The position numbers and the translations under genes are program-made. The notes under the pieces are model-generated. The model made no database searches, was not told where the DNA came from, and saw nothing but the letters and a program-made list of their open reading frames with translations. From Camelus dromedarius (lineage: Eukaryota), in the NCBI RefSeq assembly GCF_036321535.1, contig NC_087447.1:40240001-40304000 (forward strand): a DNA stretch of 64,000 nucleotides. Direction: 5' to 3'. Position 1 is the first letter of the stretch, and each line of letters opens with the position of its first letter. Shown here one piece after another: positions 1-12,220 of the stretch.

Positions 1-169
1 TCCTTAGAAATAGCAGACATTTTCCCCAGTCCTGGGAGGTGGGGGCTTCAGGTCAGAACACACGACTGTAAGGGAAAAGATAAACTAGGAACCCATTCCA
101 TTTGGCAGTTTTTCCAACACCTTCTAGGACAAGGCACAAGTCTCCAGGGATTCAAACATTGAGACTTAT

Positions 170-365
170 TTCACAAAGTCTTTGTGAGTGCTTGCTGTGG
201 GCCAGGCTGTTCTAAGTATTTACGTGGCCCATCTCATATAATTCTCATAAAAACCCTATGAATGGGTCACAGATGACAAAACTGAGGCACAAAGAAATTC
301 ACTTCTCATGGCCTCACACAGCTGGTAAATGGTGGAACTGGTATTTGAACCCATCAGAGTCTGCT
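170..365 (-). mobile_element. MIR SINE
   Basis: Reverse MIR core 'acagatgacaaaactgaggcac' and 'ctggtatttgaaccc'. Confidence 0.75.
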
Positions 366-684
366 CCTTCGGCATATGGTCAACCAAGACGAGTCTCAGA
401 CTCTCTATGTGGCTGAAGGCTCTGATAAGGCCTGCAGAGATGAGTCAGTGAGGGAGGGCCCCAACTCACCCGTGGCTTCTCCTGCCCCTGGGCAGCTCTG
501 ACTCCTGGGCCAGGGTCCCCACTCACACTTCTCCTGGTGTGTCCTGGAAGTTGGCCACACCTCTGCACTCCCCAGGGCTCCATGGCGTACTGAGGGAGGT
601 TGATGTAAAAACCTATATGTCAATGTACATTTACATAATAGATCACTCATGAAGTAATTTGTTCTTATTGTAAAACATAGTCCA

Positions 685-935
685 GTGGGGTGGCAAGGGA
701 TAGATTGGGAGTTCAAAATTTGTAGATACTGACAGGCATATGCAGATTAGATAAACAAGATTATACTGTATAGCACAGGAAAATATATATAAGATCTTGT
801 GGTTAGCTCACAGTGAAAAAAAATGTGACAATGAATATATGTATGTTCATGTATAACTGAAAAATTGTGCTCTACACTGGAATTTGACAACATTGTAAAA
901 TGACTGTAACTCAATAAAAGAATGTTTAAAAAAAA
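685..935 (+). mobile_element. 5'-truncated L1 3' end, camelid/cetartiodactyl type
   Basis: 'actgtatagcacagg...gtataactgaaaaattgtgctctacac...acattgtaaaatgactgtaactcaataaaa' followed by an A tail. TSD aaaacatagtcca (672-684) / aaaagattgtcca (932-944). Confidence 0.85.
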
Positions 936-944
936 GATTGTCCA

Positions 945-1155
945 TGTCAGACGGAAAAAAAATTTGCAAATTCCAGTTCTGCCACTTACTCTGCTGTATA
1001 ACCTCACGCAAATTTTAGCCTCTCTGAGCCTCGGCTTCTTCCTCAATAAAACATAGTTAACAGTGCTTATCTCAGGCAGTTGTTGCAAAGATGAAATGAG
1101 ATAATATGTCTAGCGCAGCACCTGGAAGACCATAGGCTCAATACATTATGGTTGA
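945..1155 (+). mobile_element. MIR SINE
   Basis: 'ttctgccacttact...cctctctgagcctcggcttcttc...gttgttgcaaagatgaaatgagataat'. Confidence 0.75.
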
Positions 1156-1424
1156 ATCAGACAACTTTACAAAAGATTTCCATTGGAAAATCATTTTTTT
1201 CACAATAATATTTGGTGGTAATAATAGTACTTTTAAATAGTATTCACCTCCCAGTAAGTTAAATCCATTACATGCATTATTACCTCATTTAACCCTAAAA
1301 AGCATCATTTTTTCATTTGTTGTAGCTTTAGAACAACAGAAAAAATATGTCCAACACATTTATTTTACTCACACACATACACATAGGGACAGAGAAACAG
1401 ATGGTCAAACAAGATAATATACGA

Positions 1425-1640
1425 TAATATACAAGCTTACTTTATGCCAGGTACTGTTCTAAGCATTCTACAGTCAATAATCTATTTCATCCTTTCAAAA
1501 ATGTGCCTAGAAGGTAAGTACCATTTGCTCTCATTTTACAGATATGGAGCTTGAGGCGCAGAGAGGTTAAATAACCTGCCTAACATCACTCAGCCAGGAC
1601 TCAAACCCAGAGCCCACATTCTTAAGCACTGGTATTACAC
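1425..1640 (-). mobile_element. MIR SINE
   Basis: 'cattttacagatatggagcttgaggcgcagagaggttaaataacctgcctaacatcac'. Confidence 0.8.
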
Positions 1641-1869
1641 TAAAATAATGAAAGAAAAGTCAGAGCAAGAATGTTTAATGGATTCCCAAGCCCCAGTTCT
1701 AAGAACTTGGGGCACTGCTTGTCAACCCCCTAACCTAAGCTCTGCCAGAATCCCCCCACACCCTTTTGCCAGTATCCACTCTCACCCTCACTCCTGTCCC
1801 ACAGCTCCTGCTCCCACCGTTCCTAGGCAGGGAGTGCCAAACTAATGGACTTTTTTAGGCCTAGTCCTC

Positions 1870-2466
1870 TCCTCCTGGCATCTCAGCCTCCTATCCAGCC
1901 TCTCTGCCTCAGCTCCCTATATCCCATCCTCTACAAAGCCGCGAGGGACATCTTCCCATACATGGATTCCTCTGCTCATGAACACTCTAAGGCTCCCTGC
2001 TGCCCAGAGCTGAAGATCTCAGTGGGTTGAAGAAGATCAACAAAGGACTCAAGATCCCCACAGGACCTCTCTTGGCCTCCTTCCCTTTGGCCCCAGACTT
2101 CTCACTTGCTGGCTTACAAATGCCGGTGCAGGGCAAGCAAGTGAGGCCTTTCCTGATCATTCTATTTAAACTGACAGTCCTACCCCGACCGCTTCCCTCC
2201 CCTGACCGCTTCCCGCCCCCTGCACCCAGCACACCTTGGCTTCTTTCCTGCTCTAGTGTTCTTTACCCACCTCGCATCAGCGGGCCTCGTACATTTAACT
2301 TGTTTATTGTCTCTCTCCCCTCCTAGAACAGACCTTCCACAAGGCAAGGGATTTTACCCTATTTTTTCGTTTCCCTGCTGTGACCGCAGTGCCTAGAACA
2401 GTTGCTGGCACAGAGTAAGAACTCATGAATACCTTCTGAATGAATGAATGAATGAATGAATGAATA
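1870..2466 (+). mobile_element. L2 LINE 3' end with (TGAA)n tail
   Basis: 'gtttattgtctctctcccc...cagtgcctagaacagttgctggcacagagtaagaactc' ending in tgaatgaatgaa repeats. The 5' limit is approximate. Confidence 0.75.
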
Positions 2467-2665
2467 CACATTTAGAAGGCCTAAGAAGAAAGTGTCCAAA
2501 CAGAGCAATAGCATGCTTCTGGCCTCCCTCTGTTCCTGAGGACATTTCTGGAGGACAGGCTAGAGATGCCTACATTAAAATGCCTGGAGGCCACACACTT
2601 CCTAGGATTTTACAAGAGTTCCCTATCAAATCCTGGGCCCTCATCCACCCATCTCTGTTCTGAAC

Positions 2666-2670
<5 letters not shown>

Positions 2671-2712
<42 letters not shown>
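2671..2712. repeat. (CA)21 microsatellite
   Basis: Perfect CA run. Confidence 0.97.
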
Positions 2713-2715
<3 letters not shown>

Positions 2716-4263
2716 TCTTCCTCTGTCATACTGAAGGTGGTCTGCATCTGTCCTAAACTCATCTGCCCAGCCTCATCTTCCCATTTTGCTCAGCCTTCAC
2801 ACCACTAGAGATGCTCTCTTCTTCCTCCCACATATCCATCTGCACTTCACCTACTCCTCCAAGATACAGATCAAATGCAGCCGCCTCCGCCTCCACCTCC
2901 TCCAGGAAGCTTTCCAGGCCCCCTCCAGCCTCTAGAAAACACTCCCCACACCCACTGCTGTTTCCACCAGTCACAAGGAAATTAGTCATGAACTACTTTG
3001 TGACTTGCCTTCTATGACCAAGTTGAACTGTTACCAAAGTCTCCTGTTACTTAATTTTTTTAAACACGTGTGTCTTGTTTTCCCAGGAATACAGCAAATG
3101 CTTTGGGAGGAGCTGCGCCTTAACCATACTGTCATCCCTGTGGCACAGGGCTAGGGACACACAGTAGGTGTCCACTGTATGCTTCTTAATTAGCTGCCCA
3201 ACATAAGCAAGTCAACTTCCTCAGTTACAGATGCCTGGACTGGCTTCTCCCAATGCCCCGACTTATTTCCTTAGCGCCTGCTCTGACCTTGGGTATCTGC
3301 AAACCCAGTCATGGGCCTGTGTTTTCAAAGGGTATTAGACCCACTCTAATCATGCCTCCCTGTGCTGGGGAGATGAGGATGATTAGAAAAGAAATAATCT
3401 GTAAAGTCCCACAGATCTGGAAAAGCAAAGGACATTGTTATCCCAGGCAAACGCGGACATTCAGAGTGTTTCAATTTCCTCAAATATGGGAGTTCAACAG
3501 AGGAAAACAAAAACAAAAACAAACAAAAAAAACATGGTGTAAGTTTTAGGTGATTTCCATTTTAACCATGGAAAACCAACACTTGAGGGCCATGTGCGCC
3601 GGCTGAGCACCAGTGCTAAGTAAATTGAGATTAAAACAAAAGGTAGCAAATCTCAAATTACTTCTCTGGCTCAGAGAGGAGAGCCAGGGAGGAGGGAGGG
3701 AGCCCTGTGCACTGCAGACCCTCTATGCACGGGGCCCAGGCTTGCTCCAGCAGAGGGTCTCCTGGCGTCCCGCTGCGAGGTAAGTGGGGCTGGGACCAGC
3801 CCGATTCACACCTGAGGAGCTGGGCCACCTGGCAGAAGCAGCCACGTGCTGACTCGACCAGGTGTCATCCTCTTTTCACAATTCACCAATCAGGATGCCC
3901 AGATAATCTACGCTTTTAAAAATTTTGAATAGGAAACGCATTCACTGGGTTCAGAAATCAAAAAGCACAGACCTTTCCAGGAAATGTGTCCCTCCTACTC
4001 TTGGTCCATCAACCTAGTCGGTCCCGGCTCTGAAGCCAGGAACCACGGTTATTGTCACTTGTGTCTAGTCCCTGATGATGTTTATGTATATACACACAAA
4101 TACACAAATGTATTCTGTACATCACTGACAGTAGACTATACACATTTCTCTGTGCCCAGTCTTTATCTTTTAAAGGAAAAGACTTGGAATAGGGCAGGGA
4201 AACAGTCTGTCTACATAACAAAAGAGGTGGCTCTGTGTAAAATGCCTGTGAAACAAAAGAGAT

Positions 4264-4870
4264 GGAAATATTCCAGAGGACACATGTGTGAGGAGAGAAG
4301 GCTGGGATATATTTGGAGGACACGTGTGGGAGGAGGGGAAGTTGGGGGAATATTCCAGAGGACATGTGTGTGAGGAGGGAAGGCTTAGGGAATATTCTGG
4401 AAGACACATGTGTGAGGAGGGAAGGCTGAGGGAATTTTTGGAGGACATAGGAGGGAAGGCTGAGGGAATATTTGGAGGACATGTGAGGAGGGAAGGCTGA
4501 GGGAATATTTGGAGGACACGTGTGTGAGGAGGGAAGGCTGGGGGAATACTTGGAGGACACGTGTGTGAGGAGGGAAGGCTGGGGGAATATTCTGGAGGAC
4601 ACGTGTGTGAGGAGGGAAGGCTGGGGGAATACTTGGAGGACACGTGTGTGAGGAGGGAAGGCTGAGGGAACATTTGGGGGACACATGTGTGAGGAGGGAA
4701 GGCTGAGGGAATATTTGGGGGACACGTGTGTGAGGAGGGAAGGCTGAAGGAATATTCTAGAGGACACATGCGTGAGGAGGGAAGGCTGAGGGAACATTTA
4801 GGGGACACGTGTGTGAGGAGGGAAGGCTGAGGGAATATTTGGGGGACACGTGCGTGAGGAGAGAAGGCTC
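4264..4870. repeat. Minisatellite (VNTR), about 15 copies of a 41-bp unit
   Basis: Consensus gggaatatttggaggacacgtgtgtgaggagggaaggctg(a/g). Units start at e.g. 4501, 4542 and 4583; two units are internally deleted. Confidence 0.97.
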
Positions 4871-5394
4871 TGGGGTCATTGTGGGCACCAGTGGTCTGTG
4901 GTTGACCCAGATCTAGACCAGCCAGAGGAGAGCAATGGTGGTCAGGGGCAGGTATGGGGATCAACCACCCTGACAGCAATGAAGCCCCACTGGCTAAAAG
5001 CTCTGACTAGCCTCGCTCAGCACTTCATCTTCCAGAAGAGAGAGAATGCGTCTATAGGAATGGGAGTAACCTAATTCCCACAGCAATGGCCGAATGAGGA
5101 GTGACCAGGAGGACACAGGAAGGAACTGTGGAGGAAAAGCAATCATTTCCTCTGGAACTTGGGAGAGACCGAGAAGGGAAGTTGTGCCTGAGACTCTAAA
5201 GCAGCCTTTCAATTGCTGAGAGAACAGAAGGCCACTAGGACCTGAGATTTTGTAAGTAAATGATTCAGAGGCTCTGAAATGCAATTCGAGCAGTGCAATT
5301 GAGGATGAGGGAAGGATGGAGAGGAGTGCCGAGGAGGAGGGACAGAGGGAGAGGCAGAATGAAGGAAGGGTGCCTTTCAGGGAGCAGCCAGCTC

Positions 5395-5635
5395 ACCATA
5401 AAGGTTCAGAGCTGGACTTGGGGGCAAACTGACTAATTCTAATTCTGCCTTTCCCATCCTAGCTGTGAAGTCTTGAGTAAGTCAGTTAACCAGCCCCTCT
5501 GCACCTTAATTTCCTCATTGGTAAGTGGGGATAATGACAGTATCTACCGCGTGGAGCTGGCAGAAGAATGAACTAAATTAGTATTTACAGAGCCCTCACA
5601 CCAGTGCTGTGCTCACCGCAGCTGCTACGTGAATG
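5395..5635 (+). mobile_element. MIR SINE
   Basis: 'ctagctgtgaagtcttgagtaagtcagttaacc...tttcctcattggtaagtggggataatgacagtatctacc'. Confidence 0.75.
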
Positions 5636-6299
5636 GTAGAGAAGAGAAGCCGTGTGGTCACACAGGGAACCTTGACAAGGTCAGTTGTTAAAAAGCTCAG
5701 GTCACGTCACTGGGAGAAGGATGCGTAACCAAAGGAGACCCTGAGACATTCATGCAGGGCCTGTCCCAGAGCATCAACTGGAGGAGGCCAGCCCGGGACA
5801 AGCTGAAGCTGCACAACATGCCCAGACGGTAGGAAGGGGTGGGGGTCATCTTCAGCCAAGAGGCCCAGGGGCATAAAGGGACCCTGGAAACTTGAAGCTC
5901 GGCTCCCACTCTGGGCACACGATGGCCCCTGTCAAAGAGAGCTATCCTTAGACTGACAGAAAAGGGGAATCTTGGATTTTTAGAAAAGGATACTTTTCAA
6001 TGACTTCAAGCCCCCTGGCCGGCCCAAAGAGTTGGAAAGTCGGGCAGAGGAGACCACTGAGCTGCCCACTGCATCTGTGTGGGGCAGCCCAGGGACACCT
6101 GAAAGCAGTCCTGGGAACTAAGAACTCATGATGTCAAGGAGTGTTTACATCTTTCTGTGATAGGATACTTGACGGTTGACGGAGAATCACAACAGACTTG
6201 ACATGACTTAAGATGGTCAGAGGTCAGAAAAAAAAAAAAAGGCAGAGACTTAGACAGGGGCTGCTTGGACTACTGTCCCAAAGCATACTGATGAAACAG

Positions 6300-6865
6300 C
6301 ATGTCACAAGGGGAGGACTCTAGCAGAGAGCTCTCTCTTGATAAGCATTTTACCCATGACTTGGGTGAAATTGTGGAAGGCACACTAATTAAATAGGATC
6401 CTGAAAGAGCTCTACGGAACAGGGTTGCACAGAACTTAACACATTGAAATTTCACAGGAATGCTTGTTCTGAGTCAAATGGGAACAAAATAGGAGGCTCT
6501 GCATTTCAATTCTAAAGCCACACATGTTGAGGACAGGGGAGAAACAGCAACACTCCATGTGAAAAAGACCTGGTCAGCAGTAATGTCAGTGAGTCAGTAG
6601 TGCAAAGTAGCTGCCAGAAAAGCTGATGCAATCTTTGGCTGCATTAAAAGGAGTAGAATCACCTGAACTAGGGAGGTGAAATACGCCTTCCACTGCTGTG
6701 GTCACACCACATCGTGGATACCACAGATGGTCTGGGCACTAGCCTCACTGTATTAGAAGGAATATGGACAAACTGGAGTTTGTTCAGAGGCGAACTACAG
6801 GAAAACACCTGAACCTACATCATGTACTGTTAATCTGGAAGGAGACTCAGGAAAGGACGAGAGGG
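6300..6865 (+). mobile_element. CR1/L3 LINE ORF2 remnant (5' part)
   Basis: Encodes decayed CR1 motifs 'RKADAIFGCIKRS' and 'DKLEFVQRRTT', compared with the CR1-type KKANAILGCIKRS and DKLERVQRRAT. Confidence 0.75.
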
Positions 6866-6869
6866 CTGT

Positions 6870-7195
6870 CTTTATGTATTATGTTTCGCTTTTTTTTTTT
6901 TTTTTTTAGTTCTAAAATGTCTGAAAGCAGAAAGTATCTTAGAATTCCCTAACAGCTAACATCTCTCTAGGACAGAATGCAGCTGCGGCATAGTTGTCAT
7001 TGCCTCCTTGCCACTGTCATATGGAAATTTGACTCTTATTCCTAGTGACATATCTGAACAACTGCAAGCCTCAACATTTCAGGAGCCAGACATTTAAGGA
7101 CCATTTAAGGAAGAAATGTGAGTCCTGGAAAAAAAATTCCAAAGACAATAGAGATTAAGAAATACATCACCACTTTACCAGAATTTAATATGTCT

Positions 7196-7226
<31 letters not shown>

Positions 7227-7525
7227 CCCTCAAACATACTGATGACTCTGAGTCAAAAAGTGACTTGGAAGAGTTGGATTCTTAAAATGAAGAAGTTTTA
7301 GGAATGCTGTAACTAACTTATTTACTTTTTATGTACATGAAAGAGTGATATGGAAGAAAAACTTATGTCTGGAGTCTAAGAGAATTCTTCCAGTAAATAT
7401 AAACATTTTAAGTAATAACAAAGCGTTGTTCCACAGCTTAATCGGAGGCACTTTTTCTTTCTTGAAGGTTCATAAAATAATGGTATATCTTACAATCGAT
7501 GGTATCATAGATTTGATTTGAAAAA
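6870..7525 (+). mobile_element. TcMar-Tigger DNA transposon remnant (Tigger13-like) interrupting the CR1
   Basis: 'ttattcctagtgacatatctgaacaactgcaagcctc...tttaaggaccatttaaggaagaaatgtgagtcctgg' resembles the pogo IP.G.T..LQPLD...FK.HLR region. The terminus reads 'aataatggtatatcttacaatcgatggtatcatagatttgat'. Confidence 0.65.
7196..7223. repeat. (CA)14 microsatellite
   Basis: Perfect CA run. Confidence 0.95.
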
Positions 7526-7529
7526 CAAC

Positions 7530-7700
7530 AAGAGCTGTCACATAGAAGAAAGACTAGGCTCTCTTTATCTACGGCTTCAAGGAGGAGGAACTGGGACCAA
7601 ATGCCAGGAGCTATAGGGAGCCAGCAGGGAGGTCACAGGACGAGCCATCCAAAGATGGAATGGGCCACCTCCAATATGAAGCCAAGGCTGGACCACCGCG
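7530..7700 (+). mobile_element. CR1/L3 continuation
   Basis: 'gagctgtcacatagaagaaagactag...ccatccaaagatggaatgggccacct' resembles the L3 3' region. Confidence 0.55.
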
Positions 7701-7974
7701 GGGAAATCAAGCACCCACAGAGCAGCCCTGCAGTCCCGAGGCCTGCTTAAGGAAACCTCCCCACAAGGAGAAAGGAGGCCCAGCTCTCGTTACCCACCTC
7801 TGTGCTCAGATTGACTTATTCTCTTAAAAAGTCACTGCTTCAGAGTAAAAGTCATTTGGGGAACAGAACCGAATGGGAGGCTTGAGGCAAAGAGGAACCC
7901 GGCCTGCAGCTGTACTCTCCGACTCCTGAGGGCCAGTGCAGGAATGGGAACAGAAGGGGAGGCCACCTTCATGC

Positions 7975-8125
7975 CTGCTATCTGCCAGGAACGTGACAGG
8001 AGCGCTCCGCACACTGCCCTGTTTAATCCTCACAGCTGCCCTGTGAGACAAGTGCTGTCACCCCACCTTAGAGGAGAAACCTGAGTCTCAGAGAAAGTCA
8101 GAGGCTCACCCAAGGTGTTACAATC
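7975..8125 (-). mobile_element. MIR SINE
   Basis: 'tttaatcctcacagctgccctgtgaga...gaggagaaacctgagtctcagagaaagtcagaggctcacccaagg'. Confidence 0.7.
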
Positions 8126-9766
8126 ACTCTGAAAACCGTGGCCAGTCGGTGATGACACACTTCAAATAGAGGGACCTCCAGAAGTCTCGTTGGCAGAATG
8201 AAGGAAGGAGCGCTCAACTGAGCCATCAATCAGTGGACCAACTTGGACTTATATTGGTAGCACGGATGCTAGGAGAATAATAAAGACGAACACTGCTTCG
8301 GTGTCCCACCCCCGCCCCCCCATCAATGGCTCACACACGCACTAAACCTATGCCATTTGCTCCTTGCAGAAGCAGTTTATCCCATCACATAAAGCATGGA
8401 TGTTTCTGAGACATCTATGGCAGAGAACAGGTGCCCATGGCTCTGCTCAAATGTCAAAGCCGTAAGCACACCAGGCAGCCGTGCCTCCCACCTGCCAGGT
8501 TAACACTGGAGCAGGCAGAAACTGAGTTCAGCTTTCATCCCCTCCCAGAACCAGGATGTCCGGAGGGCCGAGGAAAGGCTGGGGAGTCAGCCAGCACCGC
8601 CCCACCCTCTCCATGCGTTCCCACTGCCAGGAGACATCAAGTCCAGCCCAGGCCAGCAAGCACACCCAGGCTTCCTCCTCCACCAGCAAGGTTGATGCAA
8701 AGTGGACCCCAGAAACCCAGGATAGCACCCACCTGAAGGGGATACTCAGGTGCTTACGAGACCACAAAAAGGGGAGAATCAGTCATTCCCAATGAGGGCC
8801 CACAACACTCTGTGAACAGGTGATGCCTGCAAAGCCAGTGTTAATGAAGGAGGAGTCACTGGAGTCCCTGACCCACCCCAGCTTTGCTGCCTCCTCCACG
8901 TGCAGGCAGGTAACCCCTGCTCCTGGTCCATGGGTACCCAACCTCAGGGGCCCCGCACCCATGGCTCTCCCATTCACTGCCCTCAGATTGACCTTGAGGG
9001 AGGGGAATGGCCTGCCTATAGTGAGCTGGTAAAAAGTGGGGGCAGTTACCGTTTTCTTCAGAGAATAGAGCCAAAGCACAAGACAGGCACACTTGGTGCC
9101 AGAGGAAGTGACAAATGTCCCATATTCTAAGACCCTAACTGAGGGGTTCCAAAATGGGTGGCTCTCCCAATAAACTGGAAGACAGGGGCTGCCCACGCTG
9201 ACTCCCTTCACATGGAAGGTGGTGGGGCAAAAACAGACAGGTCTTATTTGGGCCTGGCCTTAACTGCCCCCCACAACCCCTCCCCTATTCCTACCAGCCA
9301 CAGCACTTGTTGGTCCAGACAAATAGCTACTGTCTGGTCAGTGTACCCGCCCAATGCATGGAGGGCAGTACAGGCCTCCTAACAGATCCCCCACAAGATT
9401 ATCCAGCAAGATGATCTGCCAGAAGGAGAGTTCTGATCACCCCTCTCCAATGGCTTCCCACTGCCTGTGGGGATAGGGCCATACCCCCTGGTCCACCCCC
9501 AGCACTCAGCACTCAGGGCTGGCCTGATTCCAGCCTCGGCTACCAATTTCCCTAGGCAGCCCCTATGTTTCTACCATGTGACACCCCAAACGTACCTTCA
9601 TTTTTCTATATATCTTTGTGGAAAATATGTGGAAACTCTACCTGTCTCTGCCTATGGAAATCCTTCTACCTTCTCAATGACTAAGTGCCATCTCCTCCAG
9701 GAAGTCTCCCTTGATTCCCTCACACTTTGCGACTGTCTAAAGCACATTCCAAACTCTTATCCACAG

Positions 9767-9814
9767 TGGGCATCAATGAATGGGCATCAGTGAGTTTGGG
9801 CATCAGTGAGTTTG
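9767..9814. repeat. Short tandem repeat, 16-bp unit x2 plus one degenerate copy
   Basis: tgggcatcagtgagtt at 9781 and 9797, preceded by tgggcatcaatgaa. Confidence 0.85.
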
Positions 9815-11439
9815 TCTAAGGCACCTCCCTCCACATGTCAGATGAAGGCGATGAAGGCTCTGCTCCTGTCATTCAGCACCGTACGCCTGGCATGGCCGCT
9901 GTGCCTTGTGGGCTAAGGAGCCTAGGTCATGGCACTCCACGCCGGCCCTGACAGCACCCTATTTACAGTCCTTTCTGGTTCCCTCCTCCACCTATTTCCA
10001 GCTGACTCATCCCCCATTCTCTCAAGGTTCAGCTCTCAGCTGACAGCTAACAGGAGACAAACTAATCCACATGGTGTCCTTCCTGGTTAAAGTCTACATT
10101 GTTAACAAAGGCCCTCTGGAGACAAGGGCTGAAAATAAAGGTGGGAATTTTAGGCCCCAGGGCTCTGGAGGAGGTATTTTTGATCAGGAAAGCTCTTGCA
10201 CCCCAAGCCATTGTGCTAGCCCACGCTGCAGGAGCATACATTCTTAAATTCAAAGCAGGGGAGAGCTGCTAAAAAGGGAGGTGTGGCTCAGTGCTTCAGA
10301 AGGGAAGGCCACCTGCAAGTAAGGCTGCCCAAGACTCCTCACTGGCTCACAGCCTGGCAGAAATGGTGGAGGGAGAACAGACTTGACTCTGACCTGGCTA
10401 GGCAATACTGGGTCAGGAATCACACCTCCCTGGCCTCTGTTCAGTATCAAGAAGCTACTGAGCCTCAGTTTAAACAAGGTGGCAAGAGTAAGAACTAGAT
10501 GATCCCAGAGGAACCTTCCAATCTGACATCCCAAGTTCTGTGACTCACGGCCTCCACTTTTTCCCCCATCCCAGGAGATCAGTATCATTTGAAACTACCC
10601 TGCTTCCACTCCCTCCTCACCTTGAGCCCCACCTGAGTCAAAGGGTTAAAGCCAAGGGTTAATTCCAAAGATCTCCCAGCCAATCAGCAGGAAGCATGCA
10701 GGGGACAGGCCTCTCCCAGTGCAGCTGGATGGGAGGGGCAGAAGTAGGGGGAGATGTTGGTTTCTATGGACACAGAAATGCTACTCTCACTCCATTTGTG
10801 CCAGCCTGGGAAAAACAGTCAGCTGATTGCCTTCGCTTCCCTGACCTAACTTTTTCAGAGATTACAACTGCCTGCCAAATTTAAGTGCTGTCCTAAAATC
10901 AGGACATATAAGGTCTCTCAGCCTGGATCTGAAGGGTTTCAAAATGGGTAGAGAGTGAGCGCAATGCAGAATGAAACTTGGAGGCAATCTAGGCCGTGGA
11001 GTGCCACCCTGCCAATTAAAGATCTTTAAAAATAGCCTCTCTCCTCTCTCACACTGAAGATTAAGATGAAGTTTCAGAAATAAACAGACATCTGCTAGAG
11101 CTTCTGAAGAGATTATAGCAAAAACACCCCAGGGAGCAGCCACGAACAGCTAAGAGCTCTCTCCAGGCGCCCACAGCATCCTGTTCATCAATGGTAGGGG
11201 AGAAGTTAGGGGACAGAGGGACAGAGAGGGAGGTGGTGTTCAGAGGCTGGGGAGGATGCAGCAGGAAGAGGTGCAGGGGGAGAGCTCAACTTGGCAGAAA
11301 ATGGAGAACTGCCTGCCTTCTGCAGAGAAATGAAAGCTCAGGGATCCACCAAGAAAATTTCCAGGAAGTCATCCAGAGGATTCCATGCCAGTGTCATTCA
11401 TTCTGAAAATGGGTCACTCCTTAAAAATGGAAAAAAACT

Positions 11440-11610
11440 GACATTTTTGAGTGCCTACCTAAGTAGGGCACTTCACAAATATTTTCATTTCATCTCTACA
11501 TCAATTCCTTGGGATCGGTGTGGTTACCTTCTTTTTACAGACTAAAATACTAGGGTTCATTGACTGGCCCAGGGCCACATGGCTAGGATTTGAACTCAGG
11601 TCTGTCTTAG
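11440..11610 (-). mobile_element. MIR SINE
   Basis: 'acatttttgagtgcctac...tttacagactaaaatactaggg...tgactggcccagggccacatggctaggatttgaactcaggtctg'. Confidence 0.7.
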
Positions 11611-12014
11611 CACATTTGCTAGTCTTTGCCTATGTCACCTGCACCCAGAACATGACCCTTAGGTTTACTCTCAGTGCCCAGACTCTCGACACCCGCAAAT
11701 CTTAATACAAGGAGATTCCGAAAGGGGAGAGGTAGAAAGCACATGGAGGGGAACAGTTAACCTGTGGCTAATTCAGGTAGCTGCTAAGTCTCAGCAGCCC
11801 TGTGGGTCCTGTCACTTCCCATCCTGGTGGCTTCCCAGCAGGCCCAGAGAGAAACAAAGTGGGAAAATAAGCACAAACACATGCCTAGACTCTGTCTGGA
11901 AGGAACCACAGGAGAGCAGGGACAGCAGATGCCACAGAGGAAGAGAACCAAGGACTAGAGGATGGAAAGAAGAGTCTTGCTTTTCATTGAATTCCCTTTG
12001 TACTGAGTAAATAG

Positions 12015-12220
12015 GTTACCATGCACCCACATATGTTGGGGGGGTGGTGAGCACCATCCTGTGTGTGTGTGTGGTGGTGGGGGGAGGTGAGTACCATGCA
12101 TCTTTGCATGTGTGTGTATGTGAGAGTGAAGATCATCAACTATGTGTATGTGTGTGTGTGTGTGTGTATATGGAGGGGTGAGTACTATCATCTGTGCATG
12201 TGGGGGAGGGTTGGGGGGGG
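12015..12220. repeat. Degenerate TG/G-rich tandem tract
   Basis: Recurring ggtgag(c/t)ac(c/t)at motif separated by (TG)n and G runs. Confidence 0.7.

Noticed and set aside
4264..4870. CRISPR-like array
   Set aside because: The units are contiguous with no unique spacers, there are no cas genes, and the context is mammalian.
4009..4979. Long minus-strand ORFs (262 and 269 aa)
   Set aside because: They are translations of the stop-poor 41-bp minisatellite, giving repetitive PQPSLLTHVS peptides. The unit length is not a multiple of three.
5618..5928. Possible minus-strand exon after acceptor TCTCTTTGACAG
   Set aside because: All three frames hit stops and none gives a recognisable peptide. 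The nearest good donor lies inside a MIR.
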